A stretch of 64,000 bases of DNA, taken from assembly GCA_937954085.1 (NCBI GenBank), contig CALGAK010000041.1:4476-68475 (forward strand). Reading direction: 5' to 3'. Below are positions 30,001 through 37,659 of the stretch, piece by piece (position 1 is the stretch's first letter; every line of letters starts with the position of its first letter). The notes under the pieces are model-generated. The model made no database searches, had not been told where the DNA came from, and saw nothing but the letters and a program-made list of their open reading frames with translations. Both the position numbers and the translations under genes were made by a program. The stretch comes from an uncultured Bacteroidota bacterium. Lineage in GTDB: Bacteria > Bacteroidota > Bacteroidia > Bacteroidales > M50B96.

Positions 30001-30868
30001 TATCAATAATAACCAAAGTACCAGCTTAGAGCTAAGCATCGATGTAGCTCAAAACGATTCGATTTCTTTCCATTATTTCGTCTCTTGCGAACCACAAGGA
30101 TGGGCTTACTACGATTACCTCGAATTTTTTATCGATAATGTGTCAAAAGGAAAATGGGCTGGCGAAATAGGCTGGGAAAGAGCAGCTTTCCCTATTTCTC
30201 AGGGTACGCATACGTTGAAATGGGTGTATCAAAAAGATGGTTATGTCGTCGAAGGTCAGGATCTTGCAATCATCGATAAGGTGGTGTTCCCTCCTCTTAC
30301 CGAATGGGTTAGCAATACTCCTCCACAAATTACTTCGGAACCCGATACCATAGTATGGACAGGCGATTCCTATCACTATGAACTCGCAGCCAGCGATGCC
30401 GATCAGGATGACCTGGAGATGGTTTTTAGTATGAAGCCTGCTTTCCTGCAATCGGGAAGCCAGACGCTTCAGAACCTAAGCCTCGACGGAATTCCCGGAT
30501 GGATTGATCTTGGAAATCATTGGGTAGTAGCCTACGTTAGCGACGGAAAAGCAATGGCCTCGCAATACTTTGTTTTACAAGTGAAAGATAATAATTCAAT
30601 CGCTGATCAGCCTGCTATTCAAGCTTCGGTATTTCCAAACCCCGCAAGCCAGTCTCTCCAAATAATTTGGGAAAATTCCTCGATTAAGTCACCTCTTCTC
30701 AGGGTATTTAATGCTCAAGGTCAGCAGATCGATAAAACGCTCTATAGTGAGGCGATACCTTCGAATCAATCCGTTCACTTGAGCATAGAATCCTTAGCTC
30801 CGGGCCTCTATTTTATTGAACTAGAGACTGAAAAATCCACAACAAAAATTCCTTTTATTAAGCAATAA
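27092..30868 (+). CDS. Peptidase C25 (gingipain-like, Kgp-type motifs) with a type-A T9SS CTD
   Basis: Signal peptide, a propeptide-like N-terminus (GNPELPAYHRMLEIPF), catalytic-region motifs NYTAHCNSNGWADPSF and MIGNCCLSSKFDDSECFGEA, Ig-like domains, a ~140-aa jelly-roll-like module, a cadherin-like segment and a CTD at 30623-30865 (VFPNPASQSL...LYFIELE...IPFIKQ). Confidence 0.85.
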   Translation: MKTSFWVRAWFLNAFFLLALPAILLAQAGSRHIYSLQPTHDAFILTDISPEGFTVEQSISQFGVETLERNGNTYFRLQVPGFGINANAIGNPELPAYHRMLEIPFQASWEIEIIEQTYELVSLVADFPGMELIPVQPSVGKHQDENDLTFYRNEAIYESNQFYAEEVVTVESLGTMRGVGLGRLGVQAFAYQPQTGTVKVLSSLKFKVRFVGADYATTSARKRKYFSPTFETNFKTLINYSNSSKELITQAPVVYQIISDPMFAADLEPFILWKTQKGFQVQVAYTNDPNVGTSTASIQSFLTNLYTQASPSNPAPSFVLLVGDVQQIPAFAGTAGSHVSDLYYFCYDGASDYFPDIYYGRFSAQNLAQLQPQIEKTLEYEKYLMPDPSFLNEVVLVAGVDASYAPTHGNGQINYAVANYFNTTNGFITHSYLYPASGSSATQIRQDVSNGVGLANYTAHCNSNGWADPSFVTSHVPALQNVSQYPLMIGNCCLSSKFDDSECFGEAVLRANKKGAIGYIGGSNNTYWNEDFWFSVGHGTVTANPTYAQTGLGFIDAMFHLNGEPLSEWYITNGQIQYVGNLAVTAGGSSLVKYYWEIYHLMGDPSLTIYQGVPTLLVATYSNGLPLGATQLAVQTEEHAYIGLSKDSTLIAAAMAGPGGLVNLTFPPLSEMGDYQITITKQNRQPHIGQIQVFAANTPYVTCQALSIQDPTGNQNGYADFSETIYLTPTLQNLGGIDATGLSIVCSSTDAAVTITQSAASLSGLLSQESADIANAFELEIGDSIIDEQVVQLVFTISDNAGNTWESYGNLALYAPLLSIEEVQVLDTPGNQNGRLDAGEVAYVSYLVKNIGHATYSEAITFIDSQSPYLSVISAPQSLSNLTVNSSDTLSLLIEVDPTAPLNTIADLSIQVDAGFYSKIAQQTEGIQQIVEDWESNSMESFAWVNDSPIPWTIQDSEFVDGSYAARSGNINNNQSTSLELSIDVAQNDSISFHYFVSCEPQGWAYYDYLEFFIDNVSKGKWAGEIGWERAAFPISQGTHTLKWVYQKDGYVVEGQDLAIIDKVVFPPLTEWVSNTPPQITSEPDTIVWTGDSYHYELAASDADQDDLEMVFSMKPAFLQSGSQTLQNLSLDGIPGWIDLGNHWVVAYVSDGKAMASQYFVLQVKDNNSIADQPAIQASVFPNPASQSLQIIWENSSIKSPLLRVFNAQGQQIDKTLYSEAIPSNQSVHLSIESLAPGLYFIELETEKSTTKIPFIKQ

Positions 30869-30879
30869 TCTTCATCATT

Positions 30880-33800
30880 ATGCATCAACCGCTTCGTTTA
30901 TTCTTATTCATCCTAAGTTTTTTACCTTATTCCAGTTTCGCATTAGCCGATTCGCAAAACTGGATCTTCCTTAACGAGGAAGAAAATCCTCAAACTAGTA
31001 TTCAGTATGTCGAAACCGATCATGGAATCGAATTGACCATGGAACTGGGAGCCTATTCTTTTGAGGAAGTTTCTGTCAATCAAACCACCTATTTACTCCC
31101 TCATTTGCCCGATGGATATCCCTTATTAGCAGCAAATTCGCCCGATCTGGAGCGCGTTTTCGCTTCCTTACGAATCGATCCAACTGCCCAATACAAGGTC
31201 GAAATAATCGGGTCGGACTATCTTGAATTGAATCAGGTGAAGCTGGCTCCTTCCAAAGGGAATCTAACTCGCGACATTCTGCCCTCGCAAGTTCCTTATG
31301 AATTTGGACCGGCTTACCAGAAAAACGAATTTTTCCCCGGCGATTTGGCCGACCTCTCCGATCCTTTTATCATCCGCGAAGAGCGTGGTTTGAGTACTTA
31401 TTTTTACCCCTTGCAGTATAATCCGGTGAGCGAAACGCTTCGCATCTATCGTGAAATAAGAATTCGATTAGTGGAGATAGATGAAACTCCGGTCAACCCG
31501 CTGCTCAGTCGTCGCGATGGTTCAAAATCTACTTCAGAGTTTGAAGCTATTTACGAGCAGCAATTCATCAATTATCCATCAGCTAAATACACTGTTGTGC
31601 CCGAGGATGGAGAAATGCTTATCATTTGCCATCCAAATTTCTGGGAAGTGATGCAACCTTTTGTTAGCTGGAAAATTCAGCGCGGAATGCCCACAACCAT
31701 GGTCGATGTAACGCAAATTGGCAATCTGGCCGCCATCAATTCTTATATCGCTGATTTTTATACCAACCACAACCTCACTTATCTCTTGCTGGTTGGCGAT
31801 GCGAATTTTGTCCCGACCAATACTTTAGCTAGTGGCCATTCCGACAATGCTTTTGGTTACTTAGTAGGAAATGATTCCTACCCCGATGTTTTTGTGGGTC
31901 GTTTTTCTGCCGAAACGGTAGCCGATGCTCAAACCATGGTGGACCGTGTAATCGATTATGAATTAAATCCGGTTGTCGGAAGTCATTATGAACATGCGTT
32001 GGGAATTGCTTCTCAAGAAGGGCCTGGCGACGACCAGGAGTATGATTATCAACACATGCGAGTGATGCAAAACAAATTGCTGGCTTATCATTATTCTACT
32101 GCATCTGAATTTTTCGAAGGCTCTCAAGGCGGGCTCGATGCTGCGGGCCATCCCACTTCGACGATGGTTGCCAATCAGGTGAATACCGCTTCGGGAGTGA
32201 TTCTTTATACCGGCCACGGTAGCACTACTTCTTTCTCTACTTCCGGATTATCCAACACGCATGTCGATAATTTAAGCAATACCGGTAAACTCCCTTTCGT
32301 TTGGGCCGTAGCCTGTGTAAACGGAAATTTTGTGGGAAATACTTGTTTTGGCGAGGCTTGGACTCGTTCGCAACATAACAATGAACCAGCAGGTGCCATT
32401 GCTACTCTCATGTCAACGATTAATCAATCTTGGAATCCTCCTATGGCTGGGCAGGACGAAATGGTCGATATTCTAGTTGAATCCTTCAGCAACAATATCA
32501 AACGCAGCTTTGGTGGCGTAAGCATGCATGGTTGCATGCACATGAACGATGCCTACGGAAACCAAGGTTTCCCAATGACCGATACCTGGACTTGTTTTGG
32601 CGACCCCTCGGTAATGCTACGAACTGCAACGCCGCAGAGCATGATTGCTTCGCACGACCCGGTCGCTTTTATCGGAGCCACGAGTTTTGCTGTACAAGTA
32701 AATGTTGAAGGAGCGCTCGTTGCTTTAACGGCTGGAGGGGAAATTCTGGGAACAGCGATCGTCCAAAATGGAGTGGCACTGGTTTCATTTCCAGCACTTT
32801 CATCTATTCAGACCTACACCATCACAGTAACTGCCTATAATTATGTTCCTTACGTGGGTAGTTTCGATGTGGTTCCAAACGAAGGTCCCTACGTAAGCTT
32901 GAATACCTATTCAGTCGATTTAGGTTCTGGTATGCCATCAACCATTGCTGAGTATAATTCCAGTATTCAACTCAATGTTCAACTCGAAAACGTAGGGGTC
33001 GAAATGGCCTCAGGTGTAGTGGGTGTCCTTAGCTCCAGCGATCTTCACGTCGATATTTTGAACGATACCTACGTTTTTGGAAATATCGATAGCGCGCAAA
33101 CGGTTCTAGTCAATGCCATTTTCACCGTTCAAATATCCGATAGTGTTCCCAATATGCATCAGGCTGCTTTTCAGCTCGAATTAACCGACGATTCTCTCAA
33201 TACCTGGACAAGCTTTTTAACGATTCCGATTTATGCCCCGGAATTATCGCTTTCAAATCTGGGCTTGGAAGAGCTGAATCCTGTGGTCGATAATGGCCGG
33301 ATTGATCCGGGTGAAACCATTCATTTCACCATAGAAACCCAAAATGTAGGCGATGCTGGAACATCCGATATCGACTTGTCGATTACTTGTTCTTCTCCTT
33401 ATGTCGATTTAATTGATTCCAGTTATCAAATCACTTCCTTAAATGCTGCCGGTACTGTTCAGCATCACTTTAGCTTTAGCGTTCATCCAAGTGCTCCTGC
33501 TGGAATAGCAGCTGAATTTCAGGTGTTTGCACAGGCAGGACATTACTCCGCTGAACTAAGCATTATTGAGGAAATAGGCTTAATCGTGGAGGATTGGGAA
33601 TTGAATCATTTTCAGTCTTATGCTTGGAACAACTCAATAAGTTACCCCTGGGTAATTGTATCGAATAACTCTTTTGAAGGCACTCATTCTGCCCGTAGTG
33701 CTATTATTCCGGCAAGTGCTAGTTCGGTGCTCGAAATTAGCATCGATGTGCTGGCTGCCGATTCGATTTCTTTTTATAAAAAAGTGAGTTGCGAGCCGGA

Positions 33801-34563
33801 AGGTTGGGATTATTACGATTTTCTCGAGTTCTTTATTGATAACAATTCGATGGGAAAATGGGCTGGAGAAATTGATTGGAGCCGTGAGGCTTTCCCCATT
33901 TCGGCGGGCACGCACACTCTCAAATGGGTGTACGAAAAAGATGCTTATTATGTGGGAGGTCAAGATGCAGCCTGGATCGATTTTATCCAGTTCCCTGCGA
34001 TGGATGTTAACTATGCTCCCTATCTCTTAAGCAGTTTGGATACGGTTGAACTTGCTGCCGGTGAGTATTTTATGCTTCCACTCGAAGCTTTTGATCCCAA
34101 TCCGAACGATGCTCTTTCGTATAATCTAGTTGATGCTCCGTCCTTCTTACAATGGTCCAATGCAGTAAACTGGAGTATCCAACTCGAAGGGATACCCATG
34201 TTGAGCGATACCGGCTTCCATCAAGTGGTCTTCCAAGTGGATGACGGTACTTTAAGCTCACCGGATTATTCCTTTGTAATGCGGGTTTATGATCCGGTTC
34301 AGGTGACTGAATGGGGAAAAGAAACATCCTTCTTTGCTTATCCGAATCCGAGTAAAGACCAATTGCACGTTCAATTGCCAACGGATTCAGGAACCGGGAG
34401 CTTGTCGCTTTATTCCATTAGTGGTCAGTTGATTCGCAGCATAGAACTCCATTCGACTAGGCAAATTACTCTTTCATTATCGGATCTGCCAGCCGGTTCG
34501 TATCGTTTGCAATGGAAATCGCAAGAAACCGTTCTGTCATTCCCTGTAGTGAAGATGAAATAA
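30880..34563 (+). CDS. Peptidase C25 (gingipain-like, Rgp-type motifs) with a type-A T9SS CTD
   Basis: Begins 11 nt after the previous gene. Motifs are LYTGHGSTTSFSTSG and LPFVWAVACVNGNFVGNTCFGEAWTRS. It has the same downstream module order as its neighbour. The CTD is at 34327-34560 (FFAYPNPSKDQLHV...GSYRLQW...VVKMK). Confidence 0.88.
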   Translation: MHQPLRLFLFILSFLPYSSFALADSQNWIFLNEEENPQTSIQYVETDHGIELTMELGAYSFEEVSVNQTTYLLPHLPDGYPLLAANSPDLERVFASLRIDPTAQYKVEIIGSDYLELNQVKLAPSKGNLTRDILPSQVPYEFGPAYQKNEFFPGDLADLSDPFIIREERGLSTYFYPLQYNPVSETLRIYREIRIRLVEIDETPVNPLLSRRDGSKSTSEFEAIYEQQFINYPSAKYTVVPEDGEMLIICHPNFWEVMQPFVSWKIQRGMPTTMVDVTQIGNLAAINSYIADFYTNHNLTYLLLVGDANFVPTNTLASGHSDNAFGYLVGNDSYPDVFVGRFSAETVADAQTMVDRVIDYELNPVVGSHYEHALGIASQEGPGDDQEYDYQHMRVMQNKLLAYHYSTASEFFEGSQGGLDAAGHPTSTMVANQVNTASGVILYTGHGSTTSFSTSGLSNTHVDNLSNTGKLPFVWAVACVNGNFVGNTCFGEAWTRSQHNNEPAGAIATLMSTINQSWNPPMAGQDEMVDILVESFSNNIKRSFGGVSMHGCMHMNDAYGNQGFPMTDTWTCFGDPSVMLRTATPQSMIASHDPVAFIGATSFAVQVNVEGALVALTAGGEILGTAIVQNGVALVSFPALSSIQTYTITVTAYNYVPYVGSFDVVPNEGPYVSLNTYSVDLGSGMPSTIAEYNSSIQLNVQLENVGVEMASGVVGVLSSSDLHVDILNDTYVFGNIDSAQTVLVNAIFTVQISDSVPNMHQAAFQLELTDDSLNTWTSFLTIPIYAPELSLSNLGLEELNPVVDNGRIDPGETIHFTIETQNVGDAGTSDIDLSITCSSPYVDLIDSSYQITSLNAAGTVQHHFSFSVHPSAPAGIAAEFQVFAQAGHYSAELSIIEEIGLIVEDWELNHFQSYAWNNSISYPWVIVSNNSFEGTHSARSAIIPASASSVLEISIDVLAADSISFYKKVSCEPEGWDYYDFLEFFIDNNSMGKWAGEIDWSREAFPISAGTHTLKWVYEKDAYYVGGQDAAWIDFIQFPAMDVNYAPYLLSSLDTVELAAGEYFMLPLEAFDPNPNDALSYNLVDAPSFLQWSNAVNWSIQLEGIPMLSDTGFHQVVFQVDDGTLSSPDYSFVMRVYDPVQVTEWGKETSFFAYPNPSKDQLHVQLPTDSGTGSLSLYSISGQLIRSIELHSTRQITLSLSDLPAGSYRLQWKSQETVLSFPVVKMK

Positions 34564-34635
34564 TTTAAAACACTAGGCCCCGGAAAATTGTCGTTATGTG
34601 TAACATTATTCCGGCAGCCTGCGTTATGATTCGCA

Positions 34636-34667
34636 GAAACTGATTCCCCTTTCCCGGAATCAGTTTC
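34636..34667 (+). terminator. Hairpin (probable terminator) after the second C25 gene
   Basis: A perfect 12-bp stem, gaaactgattcc / ggaatcagtttc, with an 8-nt loop and a T-rich tail (atttatttgg). Confidence 0.5.
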
Positions 34668-34705
34668 CGCATTTATTTGGGATACCAACGCTTAACATAA
34701 ACAAG

Positions 34706-37600
34706 ATGATTATGATTCGTACATTCATTCGCTTTCAGCGAAACACGGTTAGTTTCTTCCTTCTCTTCTTAATGGCTTCGCCGCTTTTGGCTCAGCAGAA
34801 TATTAGCCAGTTTCAACTTCAAAACGGACTCAGCGTTTTTCTCCAACCCGACCCATCGCAAAAGGAGGTTTTTGGCATGGTGGTCGTAAAAGCCGGTGCA
34901 AAAGATGATCCCTCCACCGCAACCGGGCTGGCTCACTACATGGAACACATGCTCTTTAAAGGAACACAGGAAATTGGGACCACTAATTGGGAGGCAGAAA
35001 AACCCTATTTGGATACCATCATTCAACTCTACGACGACCTTGCCGCTACCAAGGACGAAGCGCTCAGAAGCGACATTCAGAAAGAAATTAACCGTGTTTC
35101 GCTCAAAGCGAATGAGTTCGTAATCAATAACGAATTGTGGAGCTTGCTCATGCAAATGGGAGGAACAAACCTAAATGCAGGAACGGCTCCCGATGCAACC
35201 TATTACTTTAATTCTTTTCCTCCCGGACAAATCGAAAAATGGCTCGAAGTGTATAGCCATCGGTTTATCGAACCGGTTTTTAGAGGATTTCAGGCGGAAC
35301 TCGAAGTAGTTTACGAAGAAAAAAATATGTACTCCGACGAGTTCTTTTCGGTGCTCCTCGAAACATTCAATAAGTCATTCTTTAAAAATCATCCCTACGG
35401 ACAACAAACCACCATTGGTAGCATTGAGCATTTGAAGAATCCGCAACTTTCGAAAATGATCGAATTTTATCGAACCTACTACGTTGCTAACAACATGGCG
35501 CTCATCTTGGTGGGCGATTTCGATGTGCAAACCATTCGTCCGGTAATTGAAGAGAAATTTGGTCGCTTGAAGTCTGGTAAAGTGCCAGAAAGACAGGTGG
35601 TTGCTGAGGAGTCCTTCGATGGACGAGAGTTCGAAAGTGGTCGGTATTCCCCCATCAAGCTAGGTATCCTCGGCTTTAGAACAGTGCCTAAACTGCATCC
35701 CGACAAACTAGCGGTCGATTTAGCAAACGGGGTCTTGAGTAACTCCGGTCAAAATGGACTACTCGACCGGACGATTCTGAACAACGAAATACTGGCCGCA
35801 ATGGTTGTGGATATGCCTTACCTCGATCACGGTGCTTCCTATTTTATCTTCATTCCTAAAATTATTGGTCAATCCCTTAAGAAAGGGGAGAAAATTGTGC
35901 TGGAACAATTGGATTCACTCAAAGCAGGAAAGTTTGATGAAGCTCTGTTGGAATCCTTAAAACTCGAAAAATACCGCGACTTTCAACTTGGCTTGGAAAA
36001 TGGAAACCAGCGGGCTATGCTAATGGCCGAAGCTTTTGTTACGGGGCAACGCTTGGAGATGGTCTTCGATTATCCGAAAAGGATTATGGCCATTACCAAG
36101 GACGATGTAGTTCGTGCAGCAAATCAGTATTATGGCGAAAATTACCTCGCATTCTATTCCAAAATGGGTAAAGCCAAGACCGAAAAGATCGAGAAACCAG
36201 GTTATGAGCCCATCATTTCTAATCGCGATGCTCAGTCCGATTATGTAAATGCCCTGCAAGCCATGGAACAACCGGCTTTCGAATACCAACCAGTCGATTT
36301 GGAAAGCGAGGTTGAAATCCTGGCAGTCAATAAAAATGCAAAGCTTCAGTATGTTAAAAATCCGGTCAACGACATCTTCTCGTTTAAAGTTCAATTCCAA
36401 GTAGGTGAGCAATCCTTACCGGGCCTTTTTGCCTTATCGACTGCATTGACCTATGCCGGAACCCGAAAACATTCCCCTCTGGAACTGAAAACAGCCTTTG
36501 CCAATACCGGTACCAGTTTCTATACTACGAGTAACGATAATTTCTTTGAGTGGCATTTTACTGGTCCAGATAAAAATCTCGCTCAAGTAGTTAGCCTTTA
36601 TCTCGATATGCTTAACGGCGCCCAGTTCGATAAAATAGCCGTGAAAAAGATTTGGGAGGAAGAAGCTTTGAATCGGAAAATGGAAGATGCAACTCCGCGT
36701 GCTGTGTCGAATGCTCTTCTTGAATACGTAGTCCACGGCGAACAATCGGTTTTCCTCGATCGATTGACCAAAAAAGAAATCAAAAAAATCGATGCAGATT
36801 ACTTGTCGAGTTTACTCGATACCCTCAAATCCTTCCCGGTTAACTATCAATTGGTTTCGGCTCTCCCGTCGCACGAAGCGGTGAACTTATTAAAGCGTTC
36901 CTCTAAAACTCCGGAGAAAATTAGTAAGCCACAAGCATACTATACCCAGGCTTTTAAATCCTACTCTAAGCCAACCATCTTTTTTGTGAACGATAAAAAA
37001 GCGCTTCAAAGCAATATCCATTTTTATGTCATGGGCGAAGACTTCCAACTCGAGGATCGTGCTGCTCAGGATGCTTTTAATACCTATTTCGGAGGATCCT
37101 TTTCAGGAATCGTTATGCAGGAAATTCGTGAATTCCGTTCTTTATCCTACGCAGCCTCCGGTTCAATGCAATCGCCTCGCGTGAGTGGAGGGAAAAATAC
37201 TTACCTCGGATACGTCGGAACACAAGCCGATAAAACCCTCGAAGCAATTAAAGTGTACACCGATTTATTGCAGGTTATGCCGCAAAAACCCGAACGCATG
37301 AACATGATTCGCGATTATTTGTATTACAGTGGTCAGATGCGTAAGCCTGATTTCCGGTATAAAATTTCCTGGATTGAAGACCTCCGCCGTCGCGGATATC
37401 AGCTAGATCCTTACGAGTTTTTGCAAAATGCTTATCGTGAATTGGAGTTCGACGACATCCGTCAGTTTCATGATAAACACCTCAAAGATAACCCCATCGT
37501 CATAACCATTGTAGGAGATAAGAAACGCATCGACATGGATGAATTGGCTAAGTTTGGGGAAATCATCGAAGTGAAAAAGAAAGATCTTTATAAGCCTTAG
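34706..37600 (+). CDS. M16 (pitrilysin/insulinase) family zinc metallopeptidase, four-domain single chain
   Basis: Signal peptide, inverted zinc motif HYMEHMLFKGT (HxxEH), and a 964-aa length consistent with fused active and inactive halves. Confidence 0.85.
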   Translation: MIMIRTFIRFQRNTVSFFLLFLMASPLLAQQNISQFQLQNGLSVFLQPDPSQKEVFGMVVVKAGAKDDPSTATGLAHYMEHMLFKGTQEIGTTNWEAEKPYLDTIIQLYDDLAATKDEALRSDIQKEINRVSLKANEFVINNELWSLLMQMGGTNLNAGTAPDATYYFNSFPPGQIEKWLEVYSHRFIEPVFRGFQAELEVVYEEKNMYSDEFFSVLLETFNKSFFKNHPYGQQTTIGSIEHLKNPQLSKMIEFYRTYYVANNMALILVGDFDVQTIRPVIEEKFGRLKSGKVPERQVVAEESFDGREFESGRYSPIKLGILGFRTVPKLHPDKLAVDLANGVLSNSGQNGLLDRTILNNEILAAMVVDMPYLDHGASYFIFIPKIIGQSLKKGEKIVLEQLDSLKAGKFDEALLESLKLEKYRDFQLGLENGNQRAMLMAEAFVTGQRLEMVFDYPKRIMAITKDDVVRAANQYYGENYLAFYSKMGKAKTEKIEKPGYEPIISNRDAQSDYVNALQAMEQPAFEYQPVDLESEVEILAVNKNAKLQYVKNPVNDIFSFKVQFQVGEQSLPGLFALSTALTYAGTRKHSPLELKTAFANTGTSFYTTSNDNFFEWHFTGPDKNLAQVVSLYLDMLNGAQFDKIAVKKIWEEEALNRKMEDATPRAVSNALLEYVVHGEQSVFLDRLTKKEIKKIDADYLSSLLDTLKSFPVNYQLVSALPSHEAVNLLKRSSKTPEKISKPQAYYTQAFKSYSKPTIFFVNDKKALQSNIHFYVMGEDFQLEDRAAQDAFNTYFGGSFSGIVMQEIREFRSLSYAASGSMQSPRVSGGKNTYLGYVGTQADKTLEAIKVYTDLLQVMPQKPERMNMIRDYLYYSGQMRKPDFRYKISWIEDLRRRGYQLDPYEFLQNAYRELEFDDIRQFHDKHLKDNPIVITIVGDKKRIDMDELAKFGEIIEVKKKDLYKP

Positions 37601-37659
37601 GAATGAGGGCTAAATGAATCTGAGTTAATCCTATTAAGTATTAGAAAAGAAGTCTTTAA

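Noticed and set aside
27092-30868. The possibility that the first C25 protein is PorU, the T9SS sortase (also C25 family and of similar size)
   Set aside because: It carries a typical cleavable type-A CTD and a propeptide-like N-terminus, has a paralogous cargo neighbour, and has no PorV-like gene adjacent. It is therefore cargo rather than sortase.
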